Assembly: GCF_009914755.1 (NCBI RefSeq)
Contig: NC_060929.1
Reading direction: 5' to 3' (one strand)
Length of the DNA: 64,000 nt
Source: the human T2T-CHM13v2.0 reference genome, Homo sapiens
Within the stretch, counting starts at the first letter, position 1, and each line of letters starts with the position of its first letter. The notes beneath the pieces were generated by a model that saw nothing but the letters and a program-made list of their open reading frames with translations, was not told the DNA's origin and did not search any database. Positions 1-15,200 of the stretch are shown one piece after another. Both the position numbers and the translations under genes were made by a program.

Positions 1-1505
1 AATCTCTAAGTGGCACAGCACCTACAGCCTGCCTGGGTTCATTTCAGGCAAAATGTGTGTGTTCTCTTTAGGGTGAGGCAAGAGCCAAGCGCCCCAGGCC
101 AAGGATGGAGGATGTGCTTGCCCTCATCCCAAGCCCATGTCTCTGCCCCACTGCGCCAACATCACCCCCCACCGCCCTGCTCAGGCATAACCTTCATGGT
201 CCCTCTCTTCTCCTTACCAAATCTAAAATGCTGAGAAAGAATCTGATTTCCTTGTTTACTCCTCAGGTTGATTTAGCACTTACATCTTAAAACCTAGCCG
301 TAATTTTTGATTTACAGGCTTTGTTTTTGCTGACTCCTTTCAACTCTCACCTTCCAGCATCTTCAACTGTCACCCCAAGCCCAGAACAGTCATCATCATC
401 AGACTGAAGTGTCTTACCCATTGCTTCTGTGAACTTCTAAGAGCAAAAGTATGGGGAGTTTCTTCACTGAAGACGCTCTCCCTGACTTCCTGTTCTCCTC
501 ACATCCTGTCACTAAGCTCCTGGCTTCATCGGGTCAGTTCTGACTTGCAGGGGTGAAGAGAGACTGGTAGAGGCAGAGGGAGGTCACATGCTGGCTCCCA
601 GGTCAGGGTGCAAAGCAGTCTGCAGCCTCGGAGAGAGGCTGTCTGTTGTCATTTCTCTCTGTAAGGGTCCAGGCCTTGCCATGAGGGTGAAGGTCACCCC
701 AAAAGTCCACTGCAGTTTTCCATCCTCTAATCTGAAGCCAGACCTTTGTTCTGGCCCCTTCAGCTCTGAAGCGGCTGAACCATTTCCCTGCTGGCCTCAT
801 GTCCAAGCTCTTTGACTTTTGGGTGCAAACGATGTCTGGACAGCTGCTGGCCTTAACTTGGCGGCTGGACCTCTGGGCTCTGCTCTCGGGAAGTCTGACT
901 CACTTTGCTGGGGTTATGCCCTCCCTGTTTCTTTCCATCTCCTCTCCCCTTTTTTCCTTTTGGGCTCAGACACTGGGCGGCCCCCAGCCCCTCTTGCTCA
1001 ACCTACAGACCTCTTCAACCTCTTTTTGCCTTAGAAAAATCAGTTTTGTAAAATCCATTAACGTCCTAACAAGAATTCCAAGTCACAAGCATTCCCATTA
1101 GGGTGCCCACCTCCCAGTCATTTCTCCCCTTCCCCACCTCCCTCTGTGGGGATTTGTAGTAGAAATGCGTAGAAGAAATGCTTGTGGAAGGAACTATCAT
1201 CTTTCCCTGTGAAGTCCTGAAGATCTCCCCTTAATGTTTCGAAAATAGTGGAGCCTACAATTGCTCTTTGAGTTGGGGGCATTGTTGGCCATTTGCTTGT
1301 TTTTCAACTACAAGAGCCTTTTCCCTCCTTCAAAAACCAACCACACACACAAAAACCCACATGAGCCATCCTGTCTTGGATATGCATCCCTGGGGTTAGC
1401 CCAGTGCTGGTTTTTATGTGTCTGCAAAATTCCTCCATTACCCACCCTAAATTGTCACCTCATTTCTTGCCAGTCTGGATCTACACACTGAGACCAGGAG
1501 ACCAT

Positions 1506-1600
1506 AAAAAAAGAGAGAGAGAGAGAAAGGAAGAAAGAGAAAGAAAGAAACAGAGAGAGAAGAAAAGAAGGAAAGAAAGAAAGAAGAAAGAAAGAAAGAG

Positions 1601-1646
<46 letters not shown>

Positions 1647-1705
1647 GAAGGAAGGAAGGAAGGAAGGAAGGAAGGAAGAAAGGAAGGAAGAAAGAAAGAG
1701 AAAAG
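1506..1705. repeat. Compound purine microsatellite (GAAA)n/(GGAA)n
   Basis: 200 nt of A/G with a single C at 1551; (GAAA)11 at 1602-1645 then (GGAA)8 at 1646-1677. Confidence 0.97.
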
Positions 1706-2269
1706 CACATACATACAGCAAAGAGGAATTGATTGTGTTTGCTTCTTGCCTCAGGGATAGTTTGTTGCCATTGATTTCAGGTCATCTGGAATATACAATT
1801 TTGCCAGTCCTTTAACCACAGTTTTAGTAAATAGGATAATTAATTGAGCAGATTTTAAAAACAAAGTTCTATGAGAGATCTCTCCATGGTAGCCCCCAAA
1901 TCCAGTGCTCTGTCTTCTCTCAATGCTACAATGACTCTCCACTGTGCTCAAATGCATGCCATTTGTGCATCCACTTCTGGCCTCTAACAGGAGGTGAATA
2001 ATTTTGCTGAGAGACTGGAGAGTTGTAGAGAATTAGAGATAATTTCTCTGCTCCTGTGCTCTGTGTACACAAACACAAGCTGGACACAGGCCCGTGGGAA
2101 TAAACCCCGGGTGCAGGCAGTATTTCCTGAAACCTAAGACACTGCATGCTGGACTCACTAAACCTTAAGGATGGAGGCAGTGTGGTTAAACACCTCCAGT
2201 TTTCAGATAAATAGACAGGTCTGTGATCTTCTGGAAGCAGAGCAGAAGATGGAAGCTTGGACTCTGGCA

Positions 2270-2800
<531 letters not shown>

Positions 2801-2841
2801 TAGACCATGGATGAATGAATGAATAATTCAACAGGGACTGG

Positions 2842-2930
2842 TGTACCCACTTCGCAGATCAAGAAATGAGGCTAGAGAAGTTATGGGGTGCACCCAAGGC
2901 TACAAAACTAGTGAGAGGTGACATGAGGCC
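2842..2930 (-). mobile_element. MIR fragment
   Basis: 'cccacttcgcagatcaagaaatgaggctagagaag...cccaaggctacaaaactagt' resembles the reverse MIR core. Confidence 0.6.
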
Positions 2931-3267
2931 CCAAAAGCAGCTCCTGGCCCCCTGCCACCACATCACATGGTCACCCCATTGCTGATGACCCCGGTAAAGC
3001 TCAGCAAGCCAAGGTGCGGTCACCTCGGTCCTGTCCTGCCTCCGACACTCAGCGAATGACCTGTCCTCAAACCTGGCAAACAGTAGGCTCTATGTGCAAA
3101 GCACCAGCTTTAACCCAGCACCTCCTCCCACTCCAGTGGGGCAATTCACTGTCGAATCTTCTCGGCGACGCAGGTAGGAAACCCCCGGCATCTGCTCATT
3201 AGGGCTCCTTCTCATTTTTTAAACGGAATTGTCATACTGGCTACCTCTGTGCTCGCACAGACTACCA

Positions 3268-3287
3268 CAGCGCTGCCACCAAGTGTG
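3268..3287 (-). promoter_or_regulatory. Candidate CTCF motif
   Basis: Minus strand reads ACACTTGGTGGCAG, 12/14 to CCASYAGRKGGCRS. Confidence 0.45.
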
Positions 3288-4456
3288 AGGAGCCCAAGAT
3301 CTTTGTTCTCTCTTTGTTCTGAAGGTGACTATTTCTTCAGGGCACGCCTTCCATCCCTCTCCTCTGCCCACCCCTACTTGCTATTCTGATGGAGTTCTCT
3401 GTCTCAGATGAGAAGAGGGGACTCCGACTGTGCGGTCCCCGCTTCCCTTCTCTCCCTTTGTCCTCCTCCCTCCATCAGACATCACGATACTCTTCTTTGC
3501 CTGCTTTCCTCTGCCTGTTCTTCTTATTTTATGCCCTCTGTGCTCTTAAGGGGGAAGAAAGGGGGGCTTCCAGTGATAAGCCCTCAGCTCCCTGTTCCCA
3601 AATGCATCCTAATCAAAATGGGACAGTTGTGACACCACATCCTAGGACTATTAAAATGTCCTCTTTGTTGTTTCACCCCACAGCGGACAGATTAAGGACA
3701 CAGGCATCTGTTGGGAAGCATAATTGTCACTGCTCAGTTCCATTATCCCAAGGAGCAGCCTCCTCTGACGTTATCGCAAGTGACCTTGAGCTGCCCAAGA
3801 AAAATGCTGTGTCTGTTCTAACGTTCTTGGCGACCAGAATTCCCCCAGAGGAGCAATTGCGTCAAGGATGAATAAGATCAAGAGCAGCAAAAATCACATC
3901 ATTCATCCGGTACAGAGGGAGGATTTCAGGCTGGATTTTATGTGGTTAGGTTGCAAGTTTTTTTGTTTTTTGAAGATGTTTTATTGCTTGGGAAGGTGAA
4001 GTGTAGCCTTAAAGTATTCTCATTCTGTGATGACACCCTGGCCCCAGGGGAGAGCTCTGGCAAATGCTCAGGGGACCCTCCCTCCTAGCCTTTGTTTTTT
4101 TAGTGATGACTGTGGATGTGGAGAATGCAGGAGGCACAATCTTCTTGGCAATGTGTTTCTGCTGTCGTCACACTGTGCACTTTAAGTACAGATTTCTATT
4201 TCACTTTTCCTCTGCACCCGCCCATCTCACTCTTGCATCTGGTGCCCCCCGCCCCTCCCCCGTGTTGCTGGCTTCTTTTCCACCCCTGTGTGTTCTTTGA
4301 GCCACTTGAATTTCACTCTGTCCTTTGACCTTTGCCGCGCCATGAGCTTGCCTTTCTCACCTCCCTGAGTTACCCTCAGCCTAAAGGCCAGACCGATGAT
4401 ACTGTGGCCTGAGGAAGCTCACAGATGGCACCCCCGAGGAACAATGGGATAAATGC

Positions 4457-4490
4457 TGCACGTGGCAGAAATCACCGCCAGATGGCACTC
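4457..4490 (+). promoter_or_regulatory. Candidate CTCF site, core plus upstream-module-like TGCA
   Basis: CCGCCAGATGGCAC at 4475-4488 (13/14 to consensus); TGCA starts 18 nt upstream of the core. Confidence 0.6.
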
Positions 4491-4597
4491 TACTAAATTC
4501 CCTGCACATCTCGGCTCTGATGAGAAATTACCAACTGTTTATTATATAAAAAAAAAAAAAACAGATCACTGAAAAGCATCATGAGAAGTAACTCAGC

Positions 4598-5271
<674 letters not shown>

Positions 5272-5363
5272 TGATTAAAATATTCTCAATCTACCAAGTT
5301 CACATACTATAGCTGTTGAGGCAAGACGTTATAACAGATGTCAAAGATTCAGAGTATAAAACA

Positions 5364-5642
5364 ATATGCATTGTTCTCACTTCTAAGTGGGAGCTGAACC
5401 AATGTGAACACATAGACACAGGGAGGGTAACAACACACACTGGGGCCTATCAGAGGGGCGGGGGGCGGGGGGAGAGCATCAGAAAAAATAGCTAATGCAC
5501 GCGGGGCTTAAGACCTAGGTGATGGGTTGATAGGTGCAGCAATACACCATGGCACACATTTACTTACGTAACAAACCTGCACATCCTGCACATGTACCCT
5601 GGAACTTAAAAAAAAATCTTAAAAAAATGAAAAAAATAAAAA
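5364..5642 (+). mobile_element. L1PA 3' end (older L1PA, about PA13-16)
   Basis: L1 3'UTR 'gttctcacttctaagtgggagctgaac...aaacctgcacatcctgcacatgtaccctggaacttaaaa' plus A-rich tail. Confidence 0.92.
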
Positions 5643-5666
5643 GTAAGAGACAGGGAAAAAAATGTG

Positions 5667-6188
5667 TGTATCAGCCAGGAACTTAGTTGTGAACAATATA
5701 ATCCACTCTTATTATTTTAAGGAAAAAGGAATTTATTAGGTGGCTTATAGAATTTCTTGCAGGACCAGTAAGCTAGGGTTAGATAATGTGCTGTAGCCGG
5801 AAGAAATAATCAACCACCCAAGGGATATTCTGGTGGAAATCACTGATGCAGTTGCCCATCACTCTGCACCAGTGACACCAGGGACCAGAGAGTGCAAACT
5901 CTGCTAAAGATACCGAGGGGAGGCATGCTTTGGCTACCCCACTTGCAAAGAAAGTTGAGCTCCCTGAACAGATGCAGCCACATGCTACCATGAAGGAAGA
6001 AGAGACCAATGCAAAGCCGGGGCTTCCTCCTTCACTGTAGCATGTGGCTACATCTGCTCAGCAGAACCTAGGCTGTATCCAGAAGCAGGCATCAGGGGAA
6101 TCTCTCTAACTCTCCTATCTCTGCTGTGGAAAAAGGAAAAAGAGACTGGAAGGGATGTTGAAGGAGTCTGTGCATAGAATCTGTTACA
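5667..6188 (-). mobile_element. Old MaLR LTR (MLT1 family)
   Basis: 'tgtatcagccaggaacttagttg...aaaggaatttatt' typical reverse MLT1 end. Confidence 0.65.
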
Positions 6189-6874
6189 ATAGTTTCCATT
6201 TGAGGAGAAAGGCCGATGCATACTTTAAGCTCTCACATGGAAAATTCTGGGAGGCTAGTTCAGGACCTGTCATAGCTACATGGCTGGGCTCTTGGATTTC
6301 AGCCTGAGTCAGCTATGGGTTCCTGCTACAACAGGTAAGCTCTGAAGTGCTTCCTACCTGAGGCAATTTTTTGTTTCCCCATTGCATATCTGACTTTCAC
6401 CCACTGCTGCATTTTAACTTCCAAATTCTCCTTGGTCTCTGTTCCTATTTATCTGCCTGAATTTTAAGCTCAGTTTTATATTCACCCCCATTTCTTCCTG
6501 ATCCCTACCTCTTCCCTGCAAACAGATAGTTGCTTCGCTGCTTCATCTAACATTTGGCTTTTATCCAGTCCCTTGTCTTGCTCACTATCTTCCCTAGACA
6601 TTGGCTGAATCTCCTGCTTATCTTCATCTCAATACACATGGCTCTGCCTCAGCTACAGACCAAAAGAAATGGGGCTCTGGGAATGGGGTTATATGGAAAA
6701 TTGGAAAAATGAATGCTCAATGAGGACAATTGAAGGCAGGGGTGCTCTTTGGCTGACTGGAGAGCAGCTCATATTGGGAGCATGAAAGGGCCTATGTAAG
6801 CAAAAGAAAAAAGAAAGGTCTTTATAAGGAAGGTAAGGTAAACACTACAATATACCAAAAGCCAAGATCTCCTG

Positions 6875-7290
6875 ACATCTTAGATAGACTTAGATGTTAT
6901 GACACAGAGTGTTAAAAGTAAATTAGACAGCTCAAAGTTGATTTCTTTTCCATAAAAATCCAAGCTGATATTGTAGCTCTTCTCCTCAAAATTGTCAAGA
7001 GTCCAGGCTTCAATGCATTCTTCCAACTCACAATGTCCACCATCTTGTCCAACAAGAATAAGGAATTGGAAAGGAGAGGGTACACACTTCCCTTTGGAGG
7101 CACAACCCAGATATTGCACAGTACACCTCTTCTGTATCCAGTGAGCCAGAAAGCAGTCATCGGGCCCCACTAAGCTGCAAGGGTAGCTGCGAAATAGGGC
7201 TTCTGCTAGCTATGTAGCCAGCTAGAACTTCTGTTCATATGTAAAAAGGAAAGAATGAAGATCGGAGGATAACTAGCCCTCTCTGCCACA
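6875..7290 (-). mobile_element. MLT1J-like MaLR LTR
   Basis: 'gccagaaagcagtcat...agctgcaagggtagctgcgaaatag...ctctgccaca'. Confidence 0.7.
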
Positions 7291-7559
7291 CTTAGTGTGG
7301 TGTGACTAGGCCACTGGAGAAGTTCTCGAGGAAAGAGTGCTACTGTCTCACAGAATGAGGCTGAACAGGAGGGTCTTCTCCGGAGGAAGTCTGAAGCAAG
7401 AGAGCCAATGCCTTCCTAGAAAACATCATAGTTACTGACATGCACAGTCCTTTCATATGGGATTAAAGGCATATGAGCGAATGCAAGGTGACATTGCACC
7501 ACCAGTCTCCATTCACCCAACATCTGCCCCAATTCACAGCCTGGAGTGAGAGCCTATGG

Positions 7560-8200
7560 AGCACTTCAGAGCTCTGCATCTGGTCACACAGGTCCAGGTT
7601 CAAATCTCAGCTCTCCAGTCAACCACCTGTGTGCACTTGAGGAATTTGCCCTTCCTCCCTATGCTTCCTGCAATAGTTTGAATATTCCACCTCTCCAATC
7701 TCATGTTGAAATTTCATCCCCAATGTTGGAGGTGGGGCCTAATGGAGGGTGTTTGGGTCACGGGGCAGATCCCTCATAAATACATTAATGCCCTCCCTTT
7801 AGGATGGGGGGTTCTCACTCTGTTAGTTCCCAAGACAGCTGGTTGTTAAAAAGAGCCTGGCACCACCTTCCTCTCTCTCTCTTGCTCCCTCTCTTGCCAT
7901 GTGATTTCTGTACTTGCCAGCTCTGCTTCACCTTCCACCAAGAGGGGGAGCTTCCAGAGGCCCTCATCAGAAGTGGATGTTGGTGCCATGCTTTTTGTAC
8001 ATCCTGCAGAACCATAAGCCAAATAAACCTCTTTTCTTTATAAATTACTCAGTATGAGGTATTCCTTTTCAGCAACACAAACAGACTAAGACACTTCCAT
8101 TTCCTTGTCTATAAAAGAGACAGTAATAGTGCCTACCTCATAAAGGTTGTTCTGAGGATTAAATGAGCTAATGCACATGTATGTTGGAAGGTAGTTAAAA
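7560..8200 (+). mobile_element. MIR split by an MST LTR
   Basis: 'ccaggttcaaatctcagctct' before the LTR; 'atagtgcctacctcataaaggttgttctgaggattaaatgag' after it. Confidence 0.8.
7669..8093 (+). mobile_element. MSTB-like MaLR solo LTR
   Basis: TG...CA termini, 'tctcatgttgaaatttcatccccaatgttggaggtggggcct', AATAAA, exact 5-bp TSD CTTCC. Confidence 0.92.
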
Positions 8201-8673
8201 ATAAAAATTTGGGTAGTTCACTGCATGCCCTCATCAATAAACATTGATAAAACATAAAACCGTCTAACAATGGAACTCTCCAATTGTTTAAAATCCATCT
8301 GAGGAATTCCAAGTTCCACCAATGACAGTGGAAACACTTGCTATGATGGTTACAATCAGCGTCATCAGAAGCATTATCAATAAATCTACGTTTTAACACC
8401 CAAGCTGCTCTTAATATCCTGGCTTACACTGCCACCCAACCCAAAGCATCTGAATAAAACCCTGAAAAAATTAGCACCTATATCACTTTATACCCTTCCC
8501 ACATATACCAGCAGCTTGCTGCATTTGTTAGGAATCTACAAAAATAATTCTCAGAGGTAGAGGAGGAGGATAGAGCTCCCCTTAAAGGAACTTCTCAGAA
8601 TCATCTGGGGTGCTTTTCAACTGCATACTATATACATTGCCCCAGAGATTATAATCCACATTTACCCACTCAC

Positions 8674-9209
<536 letters not shown>

Positions 9210-9740
9210 CCACCTACCACTGAGACACTGAAGTAAGGGCTCATGTTACTAAGGATAATGTAGTGTTTCTCTGCCTCTGGGCATGTTGCAGTGAATAAAG
9301 GATGAGAATTCAATGTCCTAGAGTATGTGGAGAAAGATGTTGGGTGCTGCAAGGTCTGTGTTCTCCAGAAGGGTCAGACGTGTGATGACCCCAGGTATAG
9401 TGATGAGCTCAGCTCTGCTTCCATGAAAAATCACTATGGAAAGCCCTGTTGGGTGGAGACACCAAAGAGCATTGGGCACGTTCTCTGCCCTTGGGATGTT
9501 TCTGATTTGGATGATAGACAAGTTATAAACCACAAAACAGTGAATAATATATAATATATAATATACAATAACATTTGAAGAGGTGCCAGATGACTGGGGT
9601 AGATCATAAGTACTCAATGGAGTCGGAGGAGAATTGATTGAGTGACTCGTATGTGACAGGCACAGTGCCAGGTTCTGGAGACTCAAGTAATCAAGACAGA
9701 CCTGATTGCTGGCTGACCTTGAAGCACCCACCATCTAGTG

Positions 9741-10150
9741 CAGTGTCTCTCAAGGTGTGGTCTGGTGACCACCTGCATCAAAGAAGTCTTGAATAATAAC
9801 ATGTATTAAGAGCATATTATATGCCAGCCACTGAACTAAGTGCTTTACATGGATTATAATTTTATTCTCAGACAAACCCTATATTTGACCTATTATTATT
9901 ATCCCCACTTTACAGATGAGAAAACTGAGACAAGAGAAGCTAATTACCTTGCCCAAGATCATACTATTATAAAACAGCAAAGCCATGACTCTAACCTGGA
10001 ACCCCATGCCTTTAACTTACATTAAAAAGACTGATTCCTACAGCCCAGAGTAACTGAAACAGAATCTCTGGGCCTGGATCCCCCAAATTTTACATTTTTA
10101 ATTGGTTCCCTAAGTGACTGTAATTCCTACAAGTATTGAGACCTAATGGC
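9741..10150. mobile_element. MER5 (hAT-Charlie) split by MIR
   Basis: 'cagtgtctctcaaggtgtggtct...acctgcatca' at 9741 and 'gactgattcc...actgaaacagaatctctggg' from about 10029. Confidence 0.7.
9795..10020 (-). mobile_element. MIR, near full length
   Basis: 'tattattatccccactttacagatgagaaaactgagac...accttgcccaagatcatac'. Confidence 0.9.
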
Positions 10151-10819
10151 CTAGAGATCAAGTCAGACAATGCAACAAGCAATTATAAAAATAGCATTTG
10201 GTAAGTGTTGTGGAAGGGAAAAATACAGGATGCTAAGGGAATGCTTAGCTTAGATGTGGTCAGGGAATGCTTCCGAAGGGAATCGCTCACACCTGCACAA
10301 AGGTAGGCATTTTCCATTTTCTTTTATCTCTATCTGGGAGCTTCTGAGAAAGCTTTCAAGTAACAGGGCCAGAGTAAAGAAAGCTGCCAGGCCTTTGAAG
10401 AAGTAAAAGAAATCCATTGTGGCTAGAGGGTTGGAAGGTGAGACTCTTCCTTAAGAGATGAGGCCAAAGTGACAGGCAGAGGTGAGTCAGGGTTAGCAGT
10501 GGCTCTGTATTAGATCTGGAAGGGTTTTATTTATAACTCATGTTCAGAATGTGGACAATAAGTAGAGGTTAAAGGATTCTAAAAAGTGGAGTGGCATGGT
10601 GAGGTTGGGTGTTTGAAGGTCACAGGTTTCAACGGCATATGCATTCTATGAGCACAAGGGTTGTAAATTGTTCTCTACATTGAGGTCACCACTGTGGTTC
10701 CTCCTGTCTCAGGAGGCTACAAATTCCTTCCCAACAGTTGGGACACTGTTTTCTCTAATACATTCCTAGAATGTCACCACCCTATCTCCCCCGCCGCCAA
10801 CCCTTGGCTTGTTCACATG

Positions 10820-10985
10820 CCAAGCCCTTTACACGGCATCACACTTGATTCTTACAACTATATTTACATGTAAAGAAAGCAAGAGTCAGAGAGGTTAAGT
10901 AATGTGCCCAAGGCCACAGAGCTGTAGGTGTAGAACTTGAAAACAGGTATTTTTTGTTCCCAAAGCTCTTGCAATTACCACTGTA
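10820..10985 (-). mobile_element. MIR fragment
   Basis: 'tcagagaggttaagtaatgtgcccaaggccacagagct'. Confidence 0.75.
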
Positions 10986-11134
10986 CTTAACTGTGTCCAA
11001 GTCTATACAATCAAAGTAAAACCAGACTTTCCTAGTGTTCCTATATAATAAAACCCACATGGAGATTTCAACAGGTTTCAATTCTCCCCTTAATCTTCCA
11101 TATCACAGGTAGCTATGAATGAATAAAAACTATT

Positions 11135-11640
11135 TGCACCAGATAAGACTAGTTCAGCTCACAATGACAGAAACACAACTCAAAGTGACTTAAGCCAACA
11201 ACTTAAATGGCTCATGGAAATAACAAGCCTGATTTTGAGCCCAGTAGGTCATAAGGCCTTGGTCACTCCCACTCCATCTCTGCTTTGACTCTCTCTGTGT
11301 GGCTTATCTGCAGTGAGCTCTCCCCTGGTGACAGGTTAGACAATAGCAGCTGCAGCTTGCAGCTTACCTTCTTAGCCACTTCCACTAGAAAAGTGCCTTT
11401 CACAGTGGATTCAGAGAAAGTTCTATCCAAGAGTTCCATTTGTTAGATCTGGGCCCCTCCAGAGGGAGTAAAGTCAACCCCACTTGATCACATGGTCTAC
11501 ATGGTCTAAGAGTTTTTACTCTTAGACTAACTCTTAGATTACTTTTCACTCTGACTAGCACTCCAAAGGGAAATGAGATGCTGTTATCAAAGGAAGAATT
11601 GTGTAGTAAGCAGGGGGAAAATAGTTTCTAGAACCCCACA
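11135..11640 (-). mobile_element. MLT1K/L-like MaLR LTR
   Basis: 'tgacagaaacacaactcaaagtgacttaagc...gatgctgttatcaaaggaag'. Confidence 0.6.
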
Positions 11641-12133
11641 GAATTTCCTAATCCCACCTACTTAGACCCAGTAAGATCACACTGGCTTCACTTTTCCTAC
11701 AAACTTCTGGGTTTCTCCATGGCAGTGATGATGTGAGACCTTTCTTGATGAGAACTGCCAGAAAAAATATCTGATTCCTTTTTCTGGATTTTGTGTACTT
11801 TAACACAAGAAACAAATTAAAGAAAGACCAAAGGAAAGTAGAGTCCTTGATTTTATGAGAAATAGAAAATAATGTACTGAAATAATTGGAAATGTTAATA
11901 ATAAAGTAACAAACCTAAAAGATGAGACTATTATTCAGTTTACCAAAGATCTGAGGCCAAAGAGAATGAACAAAGTTGGAGGACAGAAAAAAATTATTCT
12001 AAAAATCAAGATGTCAATTATGGGAAAATCAGTCAATGATGGATGTTTAAAGAAAGTAGAAATCAATTAACATAATCAAGATTTCTATGTTAATATTGCT
12101 GTGCTAACAAGCATGCTGCTTTTTCCAACATGA

Positions 12134-12683
<550 letters not shown>

Positions 12684-12944
12684 TGATATGAGAGGAAAAT
12701 AATTATTTTTCCACATTTGAGTGAATAGCACTTTATCATTTGGGGATAATTCCATCCTCCAGCTGCATGGGAGAAGCATCTCACAGAGGATTAAATCTGT
12801 CCGCTCCTGTCCCCAGCACAGAACATCAGAAATTACCACTGCAGGTTCAGATACTCTCTTAGGATCTAGTAGTTTAATGTTTTATGATAATAAAATAGGT
12901 GGTCATATTAATCCAGTCACAATTATCATTATCTTTAAAATCAT

Positions 12945-13105
12945 CAAAATAGTGACTGTTTATTAAGTGCTTTTCATGTGCCAGACACTATGCTAAACAC
13001 TTCCTGTGTCCTATTTTATTATAGGAAAAACTGAGGCTTAGAAAGCTCAATTACTTGCTTAAGGGGATGAATCCAGGAATTAGCAGAACAAAGATTCACA
13101 TATTG
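12945..13105 (-). mobile_element. MIR fragment
   Basis: 'tttattaagtgcttttcatgtgccagacactatgctaaacactt...aaactgaggcttagaaag'. Confidence 0.75.
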
Positions 13106-13379
13106 GGTTGTTTATCCTGGTTGGCACCCCACATTAATGAAGACCGACCATGAATTAAATGCATACTAGGCCAATTAGCCCCATGACACTCTAAGGCCAA
13201 AGAATTCATTCTTGTCTTTTGCGACTAAAATAATTACTCAAAAAGGGAACTGAACAAGTGCATGTTCTTCAGCTGTTACAAGCCCCGCTCACAATGTGTG
13301 CAGTGATAATCAGCATTGTCCTCCTCATATGTGAAGCTTAGTATAGGATTATTTTATATTCACAAATTATAATTACCTA

Positions 13380-13920
13380 CCCACTATGCACAGGGTACTA
13401 ACCCCGTAACTTTGGGAAGAACAATTATGAGTTAAGGTGTAGCCATTTTTTCAAAGAGTTTACAATATGGAGCAGGAGTAGCAGCTCAGAGAAGCACTCT
13501 ACAAGTGAAACATTTAGAAAAACACCACAAAAGAGTTATAAAATATCATAGGAGTTCAAAGACAGAGAGGAATCCCATGCATTTATGGAAAGGCTTCCCA
13601 AAGGATGTACCATTTGGCAGAGTCCTGGAATATTGGGTAGGATATCAGCATGCACAGAGGAAAGGAAAGAAGGGAAGGCCAGACAGAAAGAATGGCCTAA
13701 GAAAAGGCAAGTACCCTGTGATTGTGTGGTCAGGCGCACACACTCACAGGATGGATAAAATAGCCCAGTCTGGTTTGAGATAAACATGTGTATGGAGGGA
13801 GTAATGAGAGGCAAGGTCAGAAACAGGTTGGAGATATTGTGCCCAGCCGTTATGGTTAAGCTGAAAAGTTGGATTCAGTTTGCCCAGCAGACCGCTGAGC
13901 AATGAACAACCGGACTGGAT
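13380..13920 (-). mobile_element. L2 remnant
   Basis: 'tcaaagagtttacaat...ggaaaggcttccc...gagataa' reverse L2 pattern. Confidence 0.55.
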
Positions 13921-13934
13921 AAAAAACTATTCAA

Positions 13935-14225
<291 letters not shown>

Positions 14226-14291
14226 AAAAAACTATTCAATTGAAATGATGTGACCAGGTTGTTAGGACAACACCTAACAAAGTGGTTGGGC

Positions 14292-14458
14292 CAGCACTTC
14301 TTGAGTTTTAAAGTTCCTAAGAATCACCTGGATATCTTTTTAAAATACACATTCAGATTCAGTAGTTTTGAGCTGGTAAACTGAGATTCTGAATTTGCAG
14401 CAGGCTCCCACATTAATCTGAAGCTGCTGGTCCACAGACCACACTTTGAATAGCAAGG
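14292..14458. mobile_element. MER5-family DNA transposon
   Basis: 'agaatcacctgga...attcagattcagtag...gctgctggtccacagaccacactttgaatagcaagg'. Confidence 0.8.
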
Positions 14459-14864
14459 GATTACAGTTTAAATAATTCACCAGGGTGATATGAAAAAGTT
14501 AAAGTAATTCCAGTTTTTTATAGTTCTTTTTAAAATAAATTTGCTCAAATTCTTCTTTGCTTTTAAGCAAGAATTCAAAAACATAAGTCTATGTAAAATG
14601 ATTCATAAGATATCCTTGGGCATTTAGCCGTCATTTGTTATTACCAGTTAGTTATTTGCCCAGATATTTTTTATTGTTTTGCATTTAAGACCACAACTCT
14701 GAAATTTCCACCTGCATCTTCTCCTGTCCTCCCATTGTTTAACTCTTTAAATACAACCTTAAAGAATAGGAAGAAATAAATAGATTAAAAATGAGGTCAT
14801 TTAGGCAATTTGTGTTTTCTGCTACAGATTTTGGTTATCTTAAAAGGAAGCAGAAAACATGTGG

Positions 14865-15200
14865 GTGTATAAATAGAGGTGTAGAACACAAGTTCACAGA
14901 AATTTATTCTCTCACTGTATAAGGATGAGCTCCCATTTAGAATGCAGGGCTTGAAGCTGGTTGCCTTGCTGAGAAGTGGGATACTAGTTATGCAAGGACA
15001 AGTGGAGCAATTTAGGTCTTCCTGTCACTGGCTGTGGACCAGATGCTGGGGCTTTGGCCTCTGGAGCAAATTAAAACTGAAGGCATTTAATAGCAACCTA
15101 AATCTTAAAGGCTGAAATAGGAAACACAGCAGAGGACTTAAAACTGGGTCAAGGAGGAAACTCTAGTAAACCTTTTGAAATGGCTGACTTTTCAAACACT
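14865..15200 (+). mobile_element. L3/CR1 LINE remnant
   Basis: 'aaatagaggtgtagaacacaagttcacagaaatttattctctcactgtat' and 'aatagcaacctaaatcttaaaggctg' resemble degenerate CR1 3' ORF2. Confidence 0.45.

Larger units (their letters stand above)
9620..10620 (-). mobile_element. L2 remnant containing nested MER5 and MIR
   Basis: L2 3' end 'ttgattgagtgactcgtatgtgacaggcacagtgccagg'; resumes near 10150 with 'aagcaattataaaa...aaatacaggatgctaaggga'. Confidence 0.65.

Noticed and set aside
1404-1760. K/E/R-rich and F/L/S-rich ORFs
   Set aside because: Translations of the GAAA/GGAA microsatellite
3389-3871. 160-aa ORF in unique sequence
   Set aside because: No recognisable domain, composition typical of random non-coding frames, no supporting exon structure
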